Assembly (NCBI GenBank): GCA_027420455.1
Contig: DAIBJA010000078.1
Span: 69,669 to 133,668 of the forward strand
Direction: 5' to 3'
Length of the DNA: 64,000 nucleotides
Origin: Clostridia bacterium
GTDB lineage: Bacteria > Bacillota > Sulfobacillia > JAJZYS01 > JAJYTV01
Shown: positions 8,721-18,023 of the stretch, in pieces
Layout of the letters: every line of letters begins with the position of its first letter
Position numbering within the stretch: the first letter of the stretch is position 1
Notes under the pieces: generated by a model
Seen by the model: only the letters and a program-made list of their open reading frames with translations
Databases searched by the model: none
What the model was told of the DNA's origin: nothing
Made by a program: the position numbers and the translations under genes

Positions 8721-8942
8721 GAACAAGACTCGGGCGGCGGACGCGATGGCGACTGCTTCGTTTCCCGCCGAGTGGTGGGAGCGCGGAGGAACGCACCAAG
8801 CTAGTGACGGCGGAGCAACAGACCCTGCGCGGCGCCGCCTCTCCTCTGTACTCGGTAAAGTCCAGCTCCGCATCTCTCCCGCTAGGGCCCTGAAGACACG
8901 CGGTCGACTGGTTGAACACCACACCCCTTGAATCCGCCTGCC

Positions 8943-9758
8943 TTAGAGAATTGCTTCTCGCTGCGCGTGATAGACGGTCGGTACCGTTGGCTTAAAGCCG
9001 AGGCTGCGCGCGAGAGATCCGTCCAGATGTCCCATCCACGGGTTTGGGAGTGGCTTGGCCGACGATTCATAGGCGGCGCCGACGATGCTGGCGATCTCGT
9101 ATACGCTAGTGGGTGCTTCGTCGACAATGTTGACCACATGACCGCCCAGGGATCCAGTGAGGGCAAGTTCGACGGCGGTCGCGATGTCGCGCTGGTGGAT
9201 GAGGCTTAGCGTCTGTGCGGGGTGCCAGTTCCAGGAGCCGAGTAGCTGCGGTGCTGATTGCAGGTGTCCGTCGCCGTCACCGTACACGAACCCGAGGCGG
9301 AGCACACTCCAAGTGAGTCCGCTGTCCCGGAGTGCGTTCTCTGCGGCGAGCTTGCTCGCCGGGTAGGCGCGGGTCGGATTTGCGGGGTCGTCCTCGCGCG
9401 CCGGACGGGGAATGTCGTCGTTGTACACCAGGCCGGTGCTCGCCATGATGATCCGCGCCTCCGGGGCGTGAGCCTTCGCGGCGGCAATGAGGTTCTGGGT
9501 GCCCTCGACGTTGGCCCTGCGGATCTCGTCGGGGTCGAGCACTCGCAGTACAGCTGCGAGATGCACGATCGCTGACACGCCTTCAACGGCCGATGCCAGC
9601 GACTCGGGATCAAGGAGATCTCCTTCGACGGTGGCGACGCCGTTGAGTACCGTCCTTCCGGGTCGCACGAGTGCGCGGCAGTCGACGCCGGCGTCGACAA
9701 GGCGGGGCAGCAGTCGCGAGCCGACAAGACCGGTCGCACCGGTGATGAGGATGGTCAT
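8943..9758 (-). CDS. NAD(P)-binding SDR / NmrA-like epimerase-dehydratase family protein
   Basis: MTILITGATGLVGSRLLPRLV Rossmann motif; 271 aa. Confidence 0.8.
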   Translation of the reverse strand: MTILITGATGLVGSRLLPRLVDAGVDCRALVRPGRTVLNGVATVEGDLLDPESLASAVEGVSAIVHLAAVLRVLDPDEIRRANVEGTQNLIAAAKAHAPEARIIMASTGLVYNDDIPRPAREDDPANPTRAYPASKLAAENALRDSGLTWSVLRLGFVYGDGDGHLQSAPQLLGSWNWHPAQTLSLIHQRDIATAVELALTGSLGGHVVNIVDEAPTSVYEIASIVGAAYESSAKPLPNPWMGHLDGSLARSLGFKPTVPTVYHAQREAIL

Positions 9759-10280
9759 GATTCGTCTCCTTCTGAGAGGTGTTCGGTGAGGTGTAGCGTC
9801 GCGTCGCGGAGCACTCGGACGGTCGTCACGAGGTCAGCTTCGTCGGCGCCAAGGAACGCGATCGCATCGATACGTGCGATCGGGCCCGGAAGCGCTTTCC
9901 ACAGTTCGACGTGCCCGTGTCGGTGATTCGCAGCCTCCGCTGGTGCTTGTCGGCGGGGTCGGGCGCCTAGTCGACGAGGCCCTTGCGCACGAGTGCGGCA
10001 ACGACGCCACTCAGGTCGCCCGTTCGCCGTCGAGCATGCACACGAGGATGCGTTGGTTCGTCGGTTCCTCGCTCGCGAGCTGGTAAATCGCGCACCACTG
10101 GGTGGGGCCAATGCCGTATGGGCGCACCATCATGGCCCGGCTGGCCAGGTAGTACTTCTTCACCCGCGCGCCGGCCGAAGGCTCTAATGGACCGGTGGAA
10201 CGTTGGACCCCACTTGCGGACGGCCGACGAACGCCTACGCATTGCACAGCACGGACGTCACTGGGGTAGCTGGGAGGCAC
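9755..10280 (-). pseudogene. MarR-family regulator, disrupted (two frameshifts plus an in-frame TAG)
   Basis: MarR-like segments are spread over three frames: GIGPTQWCAIYQLASEEPTNQRIL... / ...LSGVVAALVRKGLVD-TAG(9967)-APDPADKHQRRLRITDTG / ...ELWKALPGPIARIDAIAFLGADEADLVTTVRVL. Confidence 0.5.
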
Positions 10281-10417
10281 GTCCGCGGGGTCGTCGACGA
10301 GTTCGATTCCTCGGAATGAGGGAGAGAGTATGCACCGAACACGAACGGCCTGTACGTCGGCGACGGCACCCCATTGGCACGCTTGCGGTCGAGGTTGCTC
10401 GCCCTGTCAGGTTCACT

Positions 10418-11017
10418 TCAAGGAGCGTCATTTAGCCCCTTTCCATCAAGAATGTGCTGCACATATTTCTCCACTCTCGACTGGCGAGTTTTCGATTGTT
10501 TGGGCGAAGACAAATAGAGGATGTACGCCCTTCTCCGCCCTGGAGTTAGTGCGTCGAAGGCAGTCTCCAACGCTGGCAGTTCAATGAATTTATTTCGAAG
10601 CTCTTCAGGGATTATGTACTCTGAGGTATCTTTAAAATTAACTTTCAAACCAGACTTCTCAATTTCAACGGCTTCGTAAATGTAGGACTTTAAGACGGCT
10701 TCCATTTCAAGGATCTCCTGAAGATTAGTAAACCGAATCTGACGAGCCGCCTGTACATTTTCAGTCTGTTGGACCAGGATGCCCGAGGCATCCTGCAACA
10801 GCGCTCCCTTGTGGAACAGAAGCGCACAATATTCCTTGAAGCCATGTATCAAAACAATGTTTTGCTCCCCGAAAGTGTAACACGGATGCATCCACTTATA
10901 TTCTTCGGTCAATCCACATTCCAAAACGATTTCTCTCAATCCATCATATTCCGTCTGCCACTTCTTAGCTCTGCTTATGAATTCATCAACCTTGGGATTC
11001 CTTTTGTGCTCTACCAT
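10418..11017 (-). CDS. YdeI/OmpD-associated (DUF1801-type) family protein in a low-GC islet
   Basis: KVDEFISRAKKWQTEYDGLREIVL...YKWMHPCYTF and the C-terminal TPGRRRAYILYLSSPKQSKTRQSRVEKYV are typical of the YdeI family. The region is conspicuously AT-rich. Confidence 0.7.
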   Translation of the reverse strand: MVEHKRNPKVDEFISRAKKWQTEYDGLREIVLECGLTEEYKWMHPCYTFGEQNIVLIHGFKEYCALLFHKGALLQDASGILVQQTENVQAARQIRFTNLQEILEMEAVLKSYIYEAVEIEKSGLKVNFKDTSEYIIPEELRNKFIELPALETAFDALTPGRRRAYILYLSSPKQSKTRQSRVEKYVQHILDGKGLNDAP

Positions 11018-11364
11018 AAAGGGTACCCCTCTTCGACTTCTCGTTTCTCTTTGCCGAATGCCAAGAGACCAGCCGGAGCGCCGCAGGGATCTTAGCCGGC
11101 CCTGTCGGGTAACGCAATGCGACTAACCGCATCACCCATGCGCCCTCGGAGGAGTACTCCACGTTGTCCGTATACTAAATACTAACATATCTTCGACGGC
11201 GTTCGGCACCGACTACCCAGCGTTGACCATCCGCTTGCGGAACGTTTGCCGTCGCTAATGGCGCCCCATTGCGGTGCGCCAACTATCCAGGCCGCATTCC
11301 CTGTGCGATGGTGTCGGGGCTGAAAAGGCAACGAAGCATAGCGCCCAGGTTACCTATAAGGAGA

Positions 11365-12120
11365 CTAGCGGAACGGCCCCGACGCCAGCCAAGAGAACAG
11401 GAGATAACAGCCGGTACCGATCAAGATGCCGTACTGCAGCAGGCGAAACGCCACGGGCGTAAGATGCGCGAAAACCTTCTGTCCGAGCGCCATGCCGATG
11501 GCGACGGCGGGAAGCATCACGGCAGACAGAGACAGCAGATGGCCGCCGATACCCACGGTAAAGGCCTGCAACAGAAATGCAGCCCCGTATACCACCAGAT
11601 AGAAGGTAAGCGAAGTGCTTCGCACCAGGGCCTTCGCCTCCGCCGCTCCTGCCATGTAGGCGAGCAGCGGTGGTCCCGGTACGCCCACGCTGGTTCCGAA
11701 GAATCCCGCAAGGAAGCCCACGACTCGGTCGCGGGAGGCGGTTCGCACAAAGCGCACCCGGGTCATCAGAATGACAGTCACGGCCAGGATGGCGAGCGCT
11801 AGACCAAGCTTGATGTCGCGGATGGACAGCGAGAGAAACGCCAAGATGCCAAGGGGGAGACCAAATATGCTCCCCAGGACCAGATGCCTCAAGAGAGGTT
11901 TTTCCAGCTCCGTGTGGGTGCGTGTGAGCATGACAAGGGAGATGACCAGGGACAGAAGGATGTTGACCTGAATGCCGACACGCGCGGGAAGCAGCGTCAG
12001 GAGCACGGGGACGGCCACGAGGGAGAAACCAAAGCCCGTGCTGATCTGCAGGGCCGCCGCCGCCATAACAACAAATGATGCCTCGACAATCGATAGCCAG
12101 TCGATAGCGGTCACCTCCAC
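11365..12120 (-). CDS. TSUP (TauE/SafE) family anion exporter
   Basis: 251 aa polytopic membrane protein; VVMAAAALQISTGFGFSLVAVPVLL and the second-half repeat GFFGTSVGVPGPPLLAYM. Confidence 0.8.
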   Translation of the reverse strand: MEVTAIDWLSIVEASFVVMAAAALQISTGFGFSLVAVPVLLTLLPARVGIQVNILLSLVISLVMLTRTHTELEKPLLRHLVLGSIFGLPLGILAFLSLSIRDIKLGLALAILAVTVILMTRVRFVRTASRDRVVGFLAGFFGTSVGVPGPPLLAYMAGAAEAKALVRSTSLTFYLVVYGAAFLLQAFTVGIGGHLLSLSAVMLPAVAIGMALGQKVFAHLTPVAFRLLQYGILIGTGCYLLFSWLASGPFR

Positions 12121-12544
12121 CTGGGCGTGGCCGAGTCCTCGAGTGCATGGGCGCAGGCGCCGACGGTGAAGGTCAAGTACGAACCGGCGGCGCGCAAGCG
12201 GCGGTGGATCTGGTAGATGGCCTCAAGCCTACGGCGGGTGACGCGGGCGTAGACGGCGGTCATGTTGGCGCACGCCGCCTCAGCACTGGTTCCTCCCCCA
12301 TGTTCAGCGATGCTCCCTCTGTTGTCAGCAGGGCGCTTGCCAGCTACGGTAGCTGTCACGGCGCGAAATCGGTCATGCTTCCCCGGCGGCAAGGCCTTGC
12401 GGCCGCACGCGACTGCAGCCTGCGGCGAGGACGCTGCCCGATGCCTCGCGCAGTGTGCACTCTGAAAGTTCCGCCCAAAGGGCTGACCGGAGCCGGGAAC
12501 ACGTCAGCCTTTCGCCGCTGGACAGGCTCGCGCGACTAAGTCCC

Positions 12545-13258
12545 CTACTCCTGCAGATATAGGACGAGCATCTCGCGACGAAAGAGAAGTACCCCAAGCA
12601 CGCCGAGGACGATCGAGACAGCCCCGAACACCTCGGTGGCCTGCGCAAACCATGCCGTCGTGGCACCTAGGTGGATCCATCCGAGAAGGAACGGAATCAC
12701 CCAGATGCCGATGCTGAGTACCGTCACGAGGTACGCGCTCCGTTGATCCCCGACGCGCAACGCGACAAAGGTGCCGACAACAGCCACGTAAAGCGAGACC
12801 GCTGCCGACATTCCGAACGCCAGGATTATCCCCACCGGATCCGCGAGATAGAGCCAACTCCAGCCATGACCAGATAGCAAAGCCCCGAACACGAGCTGCA
12901 GGACAACCGCCACAAGAGCGGCAACGTAGCCGATCGCGGCAGCGACGATCACCTTGCCACCGAAAATCGCGCTGTCCGGAAGTCTGGTGGCGAGAAGGTA
13001 GTCGAGTGTACGGCCCACCCGCTCGTGCAACACGAGGTCCGGTGCAGTGTTGGCCACCACGATCGCGGTTGCGAACAGGATATAGACCACGCGCAGCAGG
13101 AGCAGAACAATCGGGTTGACGACCGCATGGCGGGCCGTGATCGAAGGCAGGACGCTCATGATGATCACGGCGATGCCAAATACGCGGAGGGATCGCTGGT
13201 TGCCGACGACCTCCGCAAACTCCTTCCACATCATGCTCGTAAGATCAAGCATCGGCAT
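12545..13258 (-). CDS. ABC-2 type transporter permease
   Basis: Hydrophobic 237 aa protein; overlaps the upstream ABC ATPase gene. Confidence 0.7.
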   Translation of the reverse strand: MPMLDLTSMMWKEFAEVVGNQRSLRVFGIAVIIMSVLPSITARHAVVNPIVLLLLRVVYILFATAIVVANTAPDLVLHERVGRTLDYLLATRLPDSAIFGGKVIVAAAIGYVAALVAVVLQLVFGALLSGHGWSWLYLADPVGIILAFGMSAAVSLYVAVVGTFVALRVGDQRSAYLVTVLSIGIWVIPFLLGWIHLGATTAWFAQATEVFGAVSIVLGVLGVLLFRREMLVLYLQE

Positions 13259-14183
13259 TGCCCCCGATCACTTGCAGGTAGGCTTCCTCGAGGGAGAGCG
13301 TGTCCGGCGTCACCTGGCGCACGCCGACACCCGCGTTGACGAGGGCGGACACCACCTTTTCCACGTCTTCTTCCTGGCCAAGCGTGCAGCGCCATTCGTC
13401 ACCCCCGAGCGCCTCCATGTGCAGGCCCGCCGGCAGCCCAACCGCGATCGCCGATGTCATGCGCGCAAGCCGCAGGCGCACGCTCGGTCCTTTGCGCCCC
13501 GCGATCTCGCCGGGCTCGCCGACCGCCAGGAGCTGTCCGCGCTGCAGGATGGCGACCCGGTCGCAGAGCTTCTGCGCCTCCGCCAGCAGATGTGTGCACA
13601 GGAAGATCGTGCGACCGCCCTCCTCTGCGAGGGAGAGGAGCAGTTCGCGCAGCATGACGATATTCTCCGGGTCGAGCCCGGCGGTCGGTTCGTCCAGAAC
13701 CAGCAGGCGCGGCTCGGTGAGAAGTGCGCGCGCCACGCCGAGTTTCTGGCGCATGCCCTTGCTGAAGCCGGACACCCGGTCATCTCCGCGGTCCAGGAGA
13801 TCGACTCGGCGCAGCGCAGCGTCAATCCGGCCGTCGCGTTCCGACACCGGCATGCGCGCGACACGAGCGGCGAACTCGAGATTCTGGCGCGCTGTCAGAC
13901 GCTCATAGAGGCCCACCTGGTCGAGTACGACACCGCACTGAGCGCGCACGCGCTCCCCGTCGGCGATCGGATCAAGGCCCAGCACGCGCACTTCGCCTCG
14001 GGTGGGGCGCAGGATGCCGAGCATCAGCCGCACGGTCGTCGTCTTGCCGGCTCCGTTCGGTCCGAGAAAGCCGAACACACTACCCGCAGGTACCTCGAAT
14101 GTAAGATCCTTCACCGCCGCACGTGCACGGAAACTTCGCGACAGACCGCGACACTCGATCGCGTTCGCATCCACTTCGGGCAC
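13245..14183 (-). CDS. ABC transporter ATP-binding protein
   Basis: Walker A GPNGAGKTTT, signature FSKGMRQKLGVA, Walker B LLVLDEPTAGLD. Confidence 0.9.
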   Translation of the reverse strand: MPEVDANAIECRGLSRSFRARAAVKDLTFEVPAGSVFGFLGPNGAGKTTTVRLMLGILRPTRGEVRVLGLDPIADGERVRAQCGVVLDQVGLYERLTARQNLEFAARVARMPVSERDGRIDAALRRVDLLDRGDDRVSGFSKGMRQKLGVARALLTEPRLLVLDEPTAGLDPENIVMLRELLLSLAEEGGRTIFLCTHLLAEAQKLCDRVAILQRGQLLAVGEPGEIAGRKGPSVRLRLARMTSAIAVGLPAGLHMEALGGDEWRCTLGQEEDVEKVVSALVNAGVGVRQVTPDTLSLEEAYLQVIGGNADA

Positions 14184-14421
14184 CTCCAGATAGCCTTCCG
14201 ATCCAGACGCACTTGCACTTTCCAGGCAAAGGGTTCACCAGACTGTCACAGCGGCCGACCACCGAGGCCCGCCTTCGGTCCAAAGGCGAGGCACCCCGGT
14301 GTCTCTTGTCATCGTACGGCAGAGATCAAGGATCCAATTCGTGTTGCCGGATGATACCGCCTGCACGGTTCGATGCGCGCGGCAAGCTCTCGACCGGTAT
14401 TGCGTTGCCTCGCCATGGGTC

Positions 14422-14447
14422 AGGCAGCCTCAGGGAGGAGGCTGCCT
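14422..14447. other. Perfect 10-bp hairpin in a divergent intergenic region
   Basis: AGGCAGCCTC-AGGGAG-GAGGCTGCCT. Confidence 0.45.
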
Positions 14448-14484
14448 TAGAAAATCGCCGGACTGACTTGATTTTTTGTCACAA

Positions 14485-14516
14485 TGACGTCATTATGACG
14501 TCATGAAGATGTCATC
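14485..14516 (+). promoter_or_regulatory. Tandem TGACGTCAT boxes overlapping the start codon of the RHH gene (candidate operator)
   Basis: TGACGTCAT at 14485-14493 and 14496-14504 (11-bp period), with a third degenerate ATGTCAT at ~14510. The ATG is at 14503. Confidence 0.45.
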
Positions 14517-14955
14517 TGTGACCCAGCAATTGCTCGAGGATCTGGTTGCCACCGCCCGCGCCATCGATCCCAGTCTGGCAGAGCCGATGGCCCGCTTGGT
14601 TTCGGTGAGCTCCACCGTAGTGTCGATGCGCCTGCTGAACCTGGTGACCGAACTGTCGGCTGAGCTCTCACAGGCTCTCCCGTCGGGAAGGGTTGAGGTG
14701 CGCCTGACCTCGCCCGATACACCGGAGCTGCTGTACATCGACACCTCGCTCGAGGCTCCGCCATCCCGGTTCGACGACAGCGAGCCGGCCCGGCTCACAC
14801 TGCGGTTGCCTCAATCTCTCAAGGAACAGGCGGGGCGGGCGGCCGAGGCCGGGGGCGTATCCCTCAACACCTGGGTTGTGACGCAACTTTCCGAGACGCT
14901 AGGTCGCCGTGCCCGCCCCAGCGGGCGCTACCTCAGCGGCTTCGGCAAGGCGTGA
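14503..14955 (+). CDS. Ribbon-helix-helix (HicB/Arc-like C-terminal) protein
   Basis: C-terminal ARLTLRLPQSLKEQAGRAAEAGGVSLNTWVVTQL RHH motif. The stop overlaps the next gene. Confidence 0.5.
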   Translation: MKMSSVTQQLLEDLVATARAIDPSLAEPMARLVSVSSTVVSMRLLNLVTELSAELSQALPSGRVEVRLTSPDTPELLYIDTSLEAPPSRFDDSEPARLTLRLPQSLKEQAGRAAEAGGVSLNTWVVTQLSETLGRRARPSGRYLSGFGKA

Positions 14956-15929
14956 TCTCTATGACTGGAGGCGGCAGCATGGTTCGTACGTTCGCAACAC
15001 CCGGAATCGTACGTCTCGCGGTGCGGAATGCGTGCGGGGAGATCGGCATCGCGTCGCACGACGCGGCGACGACCGAAGTACAGGTGCGGGCCCTCACCCG
15101 CATCTCCGAGGAGCAGGCCGCGGCTGCACGCGTGGAATGCACGGAGGAAGCGGGAGAGTACCGGGTGATCGTCGATGTCCCATCGCCAGCGCGGAGGCTT
15201 TGGCAAGGGGATCAGGAGATCGCCGTACTCGTGAAGGTGCCGGAAGGTACCTGGCTTGACATCGAGTCCTCCACAGCCGATGTGTCAGCGGAAGGGCGCT
15301 TCGCCGGTGGCAAGGTCCTGACCGCCTCAGGCGACGTGCGCGTCGAGCATGCCGCGGGCGACCTGTCGCTCGCCACCGCAAGCGGCGACGTAGCTGTGTT
15401 CCGAGCCGATGCAGCCCTCAAGGCCCGTTCGGCCAAGGGGGACATCTCGGTCATCCGTGCGGCCGGTCTGCTCACCCTGGAATCCGAGTCTGGCGATCTC
15501 GACCTCGGCAGCACCGAACTCGGCGGACGCCTGCGCACGGCCTCAGGCGATATTGAGGTCGAGAGGGCGGCAGGAACGCTCGAGGGGAGCAGCGCTTCCG
15601 GCGATCTCACCGTACGGGAGGTCTATGGCGCATGCCGCCTCGAATCCCGTTCAGGGGATGTGGACATCGAATCCGTACGTGAGGGAAAAGTCTTCATCGA
15701 AACCATGTCGGGCGATGTCACAGTCGGAGTGTCACCAGGGTCCAGCGTTTCGGTAGACGCCCATACGCACACAGGTGACCTTGAGTCGGACATTCCCCTC
15801 TCACCGGAGCTGGAGACCAATAGGGCCACGGCAGAAGGCCCTCTCGTTGCACTGGAGATTCGCACCATGACCGGTGATGTGCGCATCACACGCGGCCGGC
15901 ATCTGTCGACGAACCGGAGCGGCCTCTGA
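14952..15929 (+). CDS. DUF4097-family beta-strand repeat protein
   Basis: Repeated SGD(V/I/L) units (ASGDVRV, ASGDVAV, KGDISV, SGDLDL, ASGDIEV, SGDLTV, SGDVDI, SGDVTV, TGDVRI). Confidence 0.7.
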   Translation: MISMTGGGSMVRTFATPGIVRLAVRNACGEIGIASHDAATTEVQVRALTRISEEQAAAARVECTEEAGEYRVIVDVPSPARRLWQGDQEIAVLVKVPEGTWLDIESSTADVSAEGRFAGGKVLTASGDVRVEHAAGDLSLATASGDVAVFRADAALKARSAKGDISVIRAAGLLTLESESGDLDLGSTELGGRLRTASGDIEVERAAGTLEGSSASGDLTVREVYGACRLESRSGDVDIESVREGKVFIETMSGDVTVGVSPGSSVSVDAHTHTGDLESDIPLSPELETNRATAEGPLVALEIRTMTGDVRITRGRHLSTNRSGL

Positions 15930-16155
15930 AACCCTGCCACACCACCTGGCCGCTCCTCCGCGCGGCCGCGAACATCGTGATCGATGCCTCGTGTCCGATC
16001 GCGGAGGCGGTCGCCAAGCTCGAGGCGGGCCGTCCTGGCTGGATTCCGACGCACCGCCGGGCAGCGCCCTGGATTTCCCGGGCGTGTCCTGGTGGTGCGC
16101 AGCCGCCTATTCGCCCCATGAGCGTCCACCTTGAACTCTTGCCAGGAGTGAAGCC

Positions 16156-17010
16156 ATGAACCGGAACTTCTGGACCGCTATCCGAGCACAGGGATATCGG
16201 TTGCCGGCAGGGGCAGACCTCGCCGCACTGACAGATGAGCTCCTCACGATGCTGGGCTCGCCCGACGGCGAACTCAGGGACGACATCGCCTATGCGACGC
16301 TGGCCACCTGGGTGAGCGAAGGGCGCTATGATTCACAGGCCCTGCTGGCCATGGGTGAGCACATGGCCAGCAGCCTCACAGTCGGCCTCGGTGCACAGGC
16401 ATCGGACAGCGTCTTTCTGCGCGCCTTCTCGGTGCTCATTCTCGGGGAGATCGTCGCGCTCGACGCACGTGAGCCAGGCCTGCCCGCAGATCGCGTGCGG
16501 GCCTGGGCGGCTGAAGCCGCCCGTTACCTTCGCCTCGAGCGCGATGAGCGGGGCTTTGTGCCAGGTCGCGGCTGGGCGCATGCAGCGGCCCACACCGCAG
16601 ACTGCCTTGGGGCCGTCGCCCTACACCCGGCCACCGATGCGGCCCTGTTGCGCAGCATCCTGGCGGCCATTGCGGAGCGGGTTCTCCGTCCTCAGGGGCA
16701 GGTGTTCATCTATGAAGAGGACGAGCGCCTCGCTTTCGCCTGTCTCGCTCTCCTCCGCCGTCCCGAGATCCAGGAAGCGGACATAGTCGCCTGGTGCGAT
16801 TCCTTCCTGCATCCCACGGAGGGTGGCGACTGGCGCGCTGCGTCAGCCGGGGAGTCGGGGGCGCGGGCCTACCTCAACGTGAAGAGCTTCCTGCGCAGCC
16901 TCTATCTCCAGATGCTGTGGACGCAAAACCCGCCACCGCTCCGCGAGGATGCCCTACAGTCCGTCCTGGTCACCATCCGCGCGATCGGGACGTCGCTCTA
17001 CGGCCAGTAG
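16156..17010 (+). CDS. DUF2785-like protein
   Basis: LGSPDGELRDDIAYATLATWV and overall helical-repeat composition; recalled family resemblance only. Confidence 0.55.
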   Translation: MNRNFWTAIRAQGYRLPAGADLAALTDELLTMLGSPDGELRDDIAYATLATWVSEGRYDSQALLAMGEHMASSLTVGLGAQASDSVFLRAFSVLILGEIVALDAREPGLPADRVRAWAAEAARYLRLERDERGFVPGRGWAHAAAHTADCLGAVALHPATDAALLRSILAAIAERVLRPQGQVFIYEEDERLAFACLALLRRPEIQEADIVAWCDSFLHPTEGGDWRAASAGESGARAYLNVKSFLRSLYLQMLWTQNPPPLREDALQSVLVTIRAIGTSLYGQ

Positions 17011-17207
17011 CGGCGCCAAAGTCCGCTGCATTTCCATCCAGCAAAGCATTGCGCCCAAGCGTGAAACTTCTTGGCGACAGCCCACCTGAGCGGTATATCC
17101 TTATAGGCACCGCATGCAAGCCACAGCCGTCAAGCCGCCGAGACCGCCGCGGAGAGGAGTATTCGGTGAAGCCCCTCGCTGCCGCACCGTATCGCCGTCG
17201 CCCCACC

Positions 17208-17953
17208 ATGCTCTCCAAAGTGCCGGAAATCACCGCGTACTTCTGGATCGTCAAGGTGCTCACGACGGCCATGGGCGATTCAAGTCCGACTATCTTGTCT
17301 ACCACATGAATCCTTACCTGGCTGTCACCCTTGGCGGCGTCGCGCTCATGGCCGCCCTAGCCGTCCAGTTTGCCGCCCGCCGCTACGTGGCGTGGATTTA
17401 CTGGGTCACGGTCACGATGGTGGCCGTCTTCGGCACGATGGCCGCGGACGCCGCGCACATTGTGCTGGGCATCCCCTACACCGTGACGAGTGCGGCCTTC
17501 GCCATCGCGCTAGCTGCCCTTTTCGTGGTCTGGTACCGAAGTGAAGGAACACTCTCGATCCACAGCATCAACACGCGTCGCTGCGAATTCTTCTACTGGG
17601 CAACCGTGATGGCCACGTTCGCCCTCGGCACGGCCACCGGCGACATGACCGCCAACACCCTGCGCCTTGGCTACCTGGCCTCTGGCGTGATGTTCGCTCT
17701 TCTCTTCGCCGTGCCGTTGATCGGCGGCCGTCTGCTGCGCTGGAACGGGGTCTTCTCCTTCTGGTTCGCCTACGTCCTCACCCGTCCCCTGGGCGCGTCC
17801 TTCGCGGACTGGTTCGGCATGCCGCCCGTCGCAGGCGGCCTCGGCATCAACCGGGCCATCGTCAGCGGTGTTCTCACCGCCTTCATCGTTGCCTTGGTGG
17901 CCTATCTGAGCCTGAGGCGCAACGACATCCAGAGCGAAGTGGCCGCGGACTAG
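17208..17953 (+). pseudogene. Conserved membrane protein (COG4705-like) interrupted by a frameshift near 17275
   Basis: The N-terminus MLSKVPEITAYFWIVKVLTTAMG is in one frame (ATG 17208). The continuation SDYLVYHMNPYLAVTLGGVALM... runs to 17953 in another frame. Confidence 0.5.
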
Positions 17954-18023
17954 ACCACTGCCGCCTGTGGAGGTGTCCCAACTTGCCCTGCAATCTCACG
18001 GTTGCCACCTCGGTGCCATCGTC

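Noticed and set aside
10285-10320. GAGTTCGATTCCTCGG, resembling a tRNA T-arm, which could mark a tRNA fragment or integrase att site next to the low-GC islet.
   Set aside because: The stem does not pair as a canonical 5-bp T-stem. No acceptor-stem complement, D-arm or anticodon arm can be found upstream, and no integrase is nearby.
11150-11175. GTACTCCACGTTGTCC, which shares short strings (ACTCCAC, GTTGTCC) with the 8262 end and was considered as the partner end of the decayed element.
   Set aside because: The order and orientation of the strings are wrong for an inverted terminal repeat, and none of the 20-bp TTCGCGC units recur nearby.
12111-12392. 93-aa ORF between the ABC-2 permease and the TSUP gene.
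   Set aside because: No recognisable family or convincing RBS was found. It may be a real small gene, but it cannot be supported from sequence alone.
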